Shown here one piece after another: positions 62,504 through 64,000 of a stretch of DNA of 64,000 nt; position 1 is the stretch's first letter; each line of letters opens with the position of its first letter. Source of the DNA: Patescibacteria group bacterium (GTDB taxonomy: Bacteria > Patescibacteriota > Patescibacteriia > UBA10025 > JAHIVO01); contig JBAZKE010000002.1 of assembly GCA_041650915.1 (NCBI GenBank), forward strand, positions 144,638 to 208,637, in the 5' to 3' direction. The translations under genes and the position numbers were made by a program. The notes under the pieces are model-generated. The model had not been told where the DNA came from. It was given only the letters and a program-made list of their open reading frames with translations, and ran no database searches.

Positions 62504-62914
62504 TTAGTTTATTGTAATACTGTCCGTTGTTTCGCCAATTGTATATGGGTACACTCCTTTATTATTGAAGGTGTATGAATACGTATTGTTCGGCTTAATA
62601 ATTATATCGATGCCCTGACCTGTAAAATCAGCGCGGAATACAACATCGTGATCTGTTAAATTGTTCCATACGATTGTATTAGGATTTGAACAGTTGCCCC
62701 GAGTCACCATAAAATTTTGCATCGACAGACCATCCTTCAAATATAAATTGGTATTTTTATATTCATCCGAGTTGAGAGTTTTATAGTCGATCGTAAACCG
62801 TTCGGTTCCTGAGCACCCACCGTCGTCAGTAATAACTAACCATATAAAAAAAGCAATCACGATAACAACTACTGGTAAACCTAGCTTTACTAGTCGAGAT
62901 TTTGTAGTGGTCAT
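62504..62914 (-). CDS. cassette-borne membrane-anchored protein, cupredoxin-like C-terminus
   Basis: TM, then TIVWNN..DH.V, PNNTYSYTFNNKGVYPY. Confidence 0.68.
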   Translation of the reverse strand: MTTTKSRLVKLGLPVVVIVIAFFIWLVITDDGGCSGTERFTIDYKTLNSDEYKNTNLYLKDGLSMQNFMVTRGNCSNPNTIVWNNLTDHDVVFRADFTGQGIDIIIKPNNTYSYTFNNKGVYPYTIGETTDSITIN

Positions 62915-62938
62915 ATTTATATATTATGGGTTAATGTC

Positions 62939-63036
62939 ACCTAACGTTTGTGATAACCGAAATCCCGAGTGACGAAGCGAATCGTGATTTAGGGAAATGT
63001 CGAGCCGAGGCATTTTCCGGTTATCACTTGTTAGGC
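62939..63036 (-). repeat. attC site (98 bp)
   Basis: minus strand GCCTAAC-AAGTGATAACCGGAAAAT...ATTTCGGTTATCAC-AAAC-GTTAGGT. Confidence 0.87.
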
Positions 63037-63101
63037 GTCCTGAGCGTAACGAAGTGAAGCTCAAGCGCAGCGGGGTCGAAGCGATAGCGGAGAAGTTTAA
63101 A

Positions 63102-63887
63102 TTAATAATGCCCTAAAATTTTTTTTACTTGCTCCATACCTTTTTCGGAAACCAGTTCCAAATTAATCGGGGTTATTGATATTTTTTCCTCGGCTAAAGC
63201 ATGTAAATCGGTGCCTGGTTTAGTTTTGGAAAAATCAATTGGCGGAGAAACGTATTTATAGACCTCTTCGGTTTTATGAAATAGTTTTCCATACGGATCT
63301 CTATGGGGGCGAGTAACAACAATTTCTGCATCTAATTTAACGTTGAATGGTATGTTTATGTTTAACAGGTCAGTTTCGCCAAGGGGTTTATCAAAAAATA
63401 TCTTTATTATATCCACGGTGATTTTAGCAGCATTATGGAAAACAATTTCATCTACCTCGGAATGATTGACTCCGTTCGGAATGTGAATTGAGGCCGCTAT
63501 CGATTTTAGCCCATCAATTGAGGCTTCCATCGAGGCGCCGATTGTCCCTGAGCTCAAGATACGGCCGTGCCCAGTGTTTAGACCAGTGTTTATTCCTGAA
63601 ACTACTAGCTTCGGTCTTTCTTTTAAAATATCATACAGACCGATTTGGACACAATCAGCCGGTGTACCGTTTAAGGAAAAAATTTCAAATTCTTTTAGTT
63701 TGATAGGAGTTATTGAAAGAGCGTTAGCCTGAGAAATGGATTTCCCAATCCAACTTTGTTCCGTTGAGGGTGCGATGGCGGTAACGGAAAAATGTTTTGA
63801 AAGCTCCTTCAATAACGGGTAAAAACCGACAGACTGAAAGCCATCATCATTTGTTAGTAATATATCGGTCATAAAATTTTGGGACAT
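63102..63887 (-). CDS. surE: 5'/3'-nucleotidase SurE (cassette-borne)
   Basis: ILLTNDDG, GTPADCV, VVSGINTGLN, SGTIGA, LNINIP, GTD, ISITP. Confidence 0.92.
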   Translation of the reverse strand: MSQNFMTDILLTNDDGFQSVGFYPLLKELSKHFSVTAIAPSTEQSWIGKSISQANALSITPIKLKEFEIFSLNGTPADCVQIGLYDILKERPKLVVSGINTGLNTGHGRILSSGTIGASMEASIDGLKSIAASIHIPNGVNHSEVDEIVFHNAAKITVDIIKIFFDKPLGETDLLNINIPFNVKLDAEIVVTRPHRDPYGKLFHKTEEVYKYVSPPIDFSKTKPGTDLHALAEEKISITPINLELVSEKGMEQVKKILGHY

Positions 63888-63903
63888 TATTAATTTAAAT
63901 TAC

Positions 63904-64000
63904 GCCTAACGTTGCGGGCTAGCCGATGTCCCGAGCGTAGCGAAGGATATGGGTGAGTGGGTAATGTTTGTTGCTATAAAATTTCTTCTATACGTTTCTG
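63904..64000 (-). repeat. partial attC site (runs off window)
   Basis: minus-strand ...AAC-GTTAGGC core 17 nt before surE ATG; partner arm not in window. Confidence 0.62.

Larger units (their letters stand above)
61847..64000 (-). mobile_element. integron gene-cassette array (integrase not in window)
   Basis: AT-rich single genes, each bracketed by GTT...AAC cores and separated by attC-like imperfect hairpins. Confidence 0.85.

Noticed and set aside
61847-64000. Repeats as a CRISPR array
   Set aside because: Repeats are divergent, 66-105 bp long and separated by whole genes; they fit attC.
1-64000. Alternative genetic code (TGA=Gly, code 25)
   Set aside because: Conserved genes are full length under code 11 and several (pilB, yidC) end at TGA at the expected position.

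Overview
Origin-proximal chromosomal window of a bacterium using genetic code 11. Gene content suggests Patescibacteria/CPR (inference): VirB2-type pilins, PilB, a degenerate DHH protein, a GalT-GlgA-GH57 cluster, archaeal-type PGI/PMI and many apparently leaderless genes. In order: VanW, Hsp20, tRNA-Glu, an HD hydrolase-tsaD-valS block, pilB, tsaE and the yidC-yidD-rnpA-rpmH / dnaA-oriC-dnaN region, where oriC has a clear DnaA-trio unwinding module. Next come PBP1A, tyrS, an alpha-glucan cluster with no glgC in the window, ruvC-yebC, five GT-C-type membrane glycosyltransferases (one STT3/PglB-like) beside three pilins, and galU-capA-murB. The two most notable loci are (1) a two-gene unit at 52.6-56.4 kb encoding a tandem ATP-grasp ligase (L-amino-acid-ligase-like plus Ddl-like) and a MurL-like ATP-dependent epimerase, next to an ABC-2 exporter, and (2) an AT-rich integron cassette array at 61.8-64 kb with three complete attC sites and one partial; no integrase lies in the window. 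All family calls come from reading motifs by eye and from recall; no database search or computation was run.
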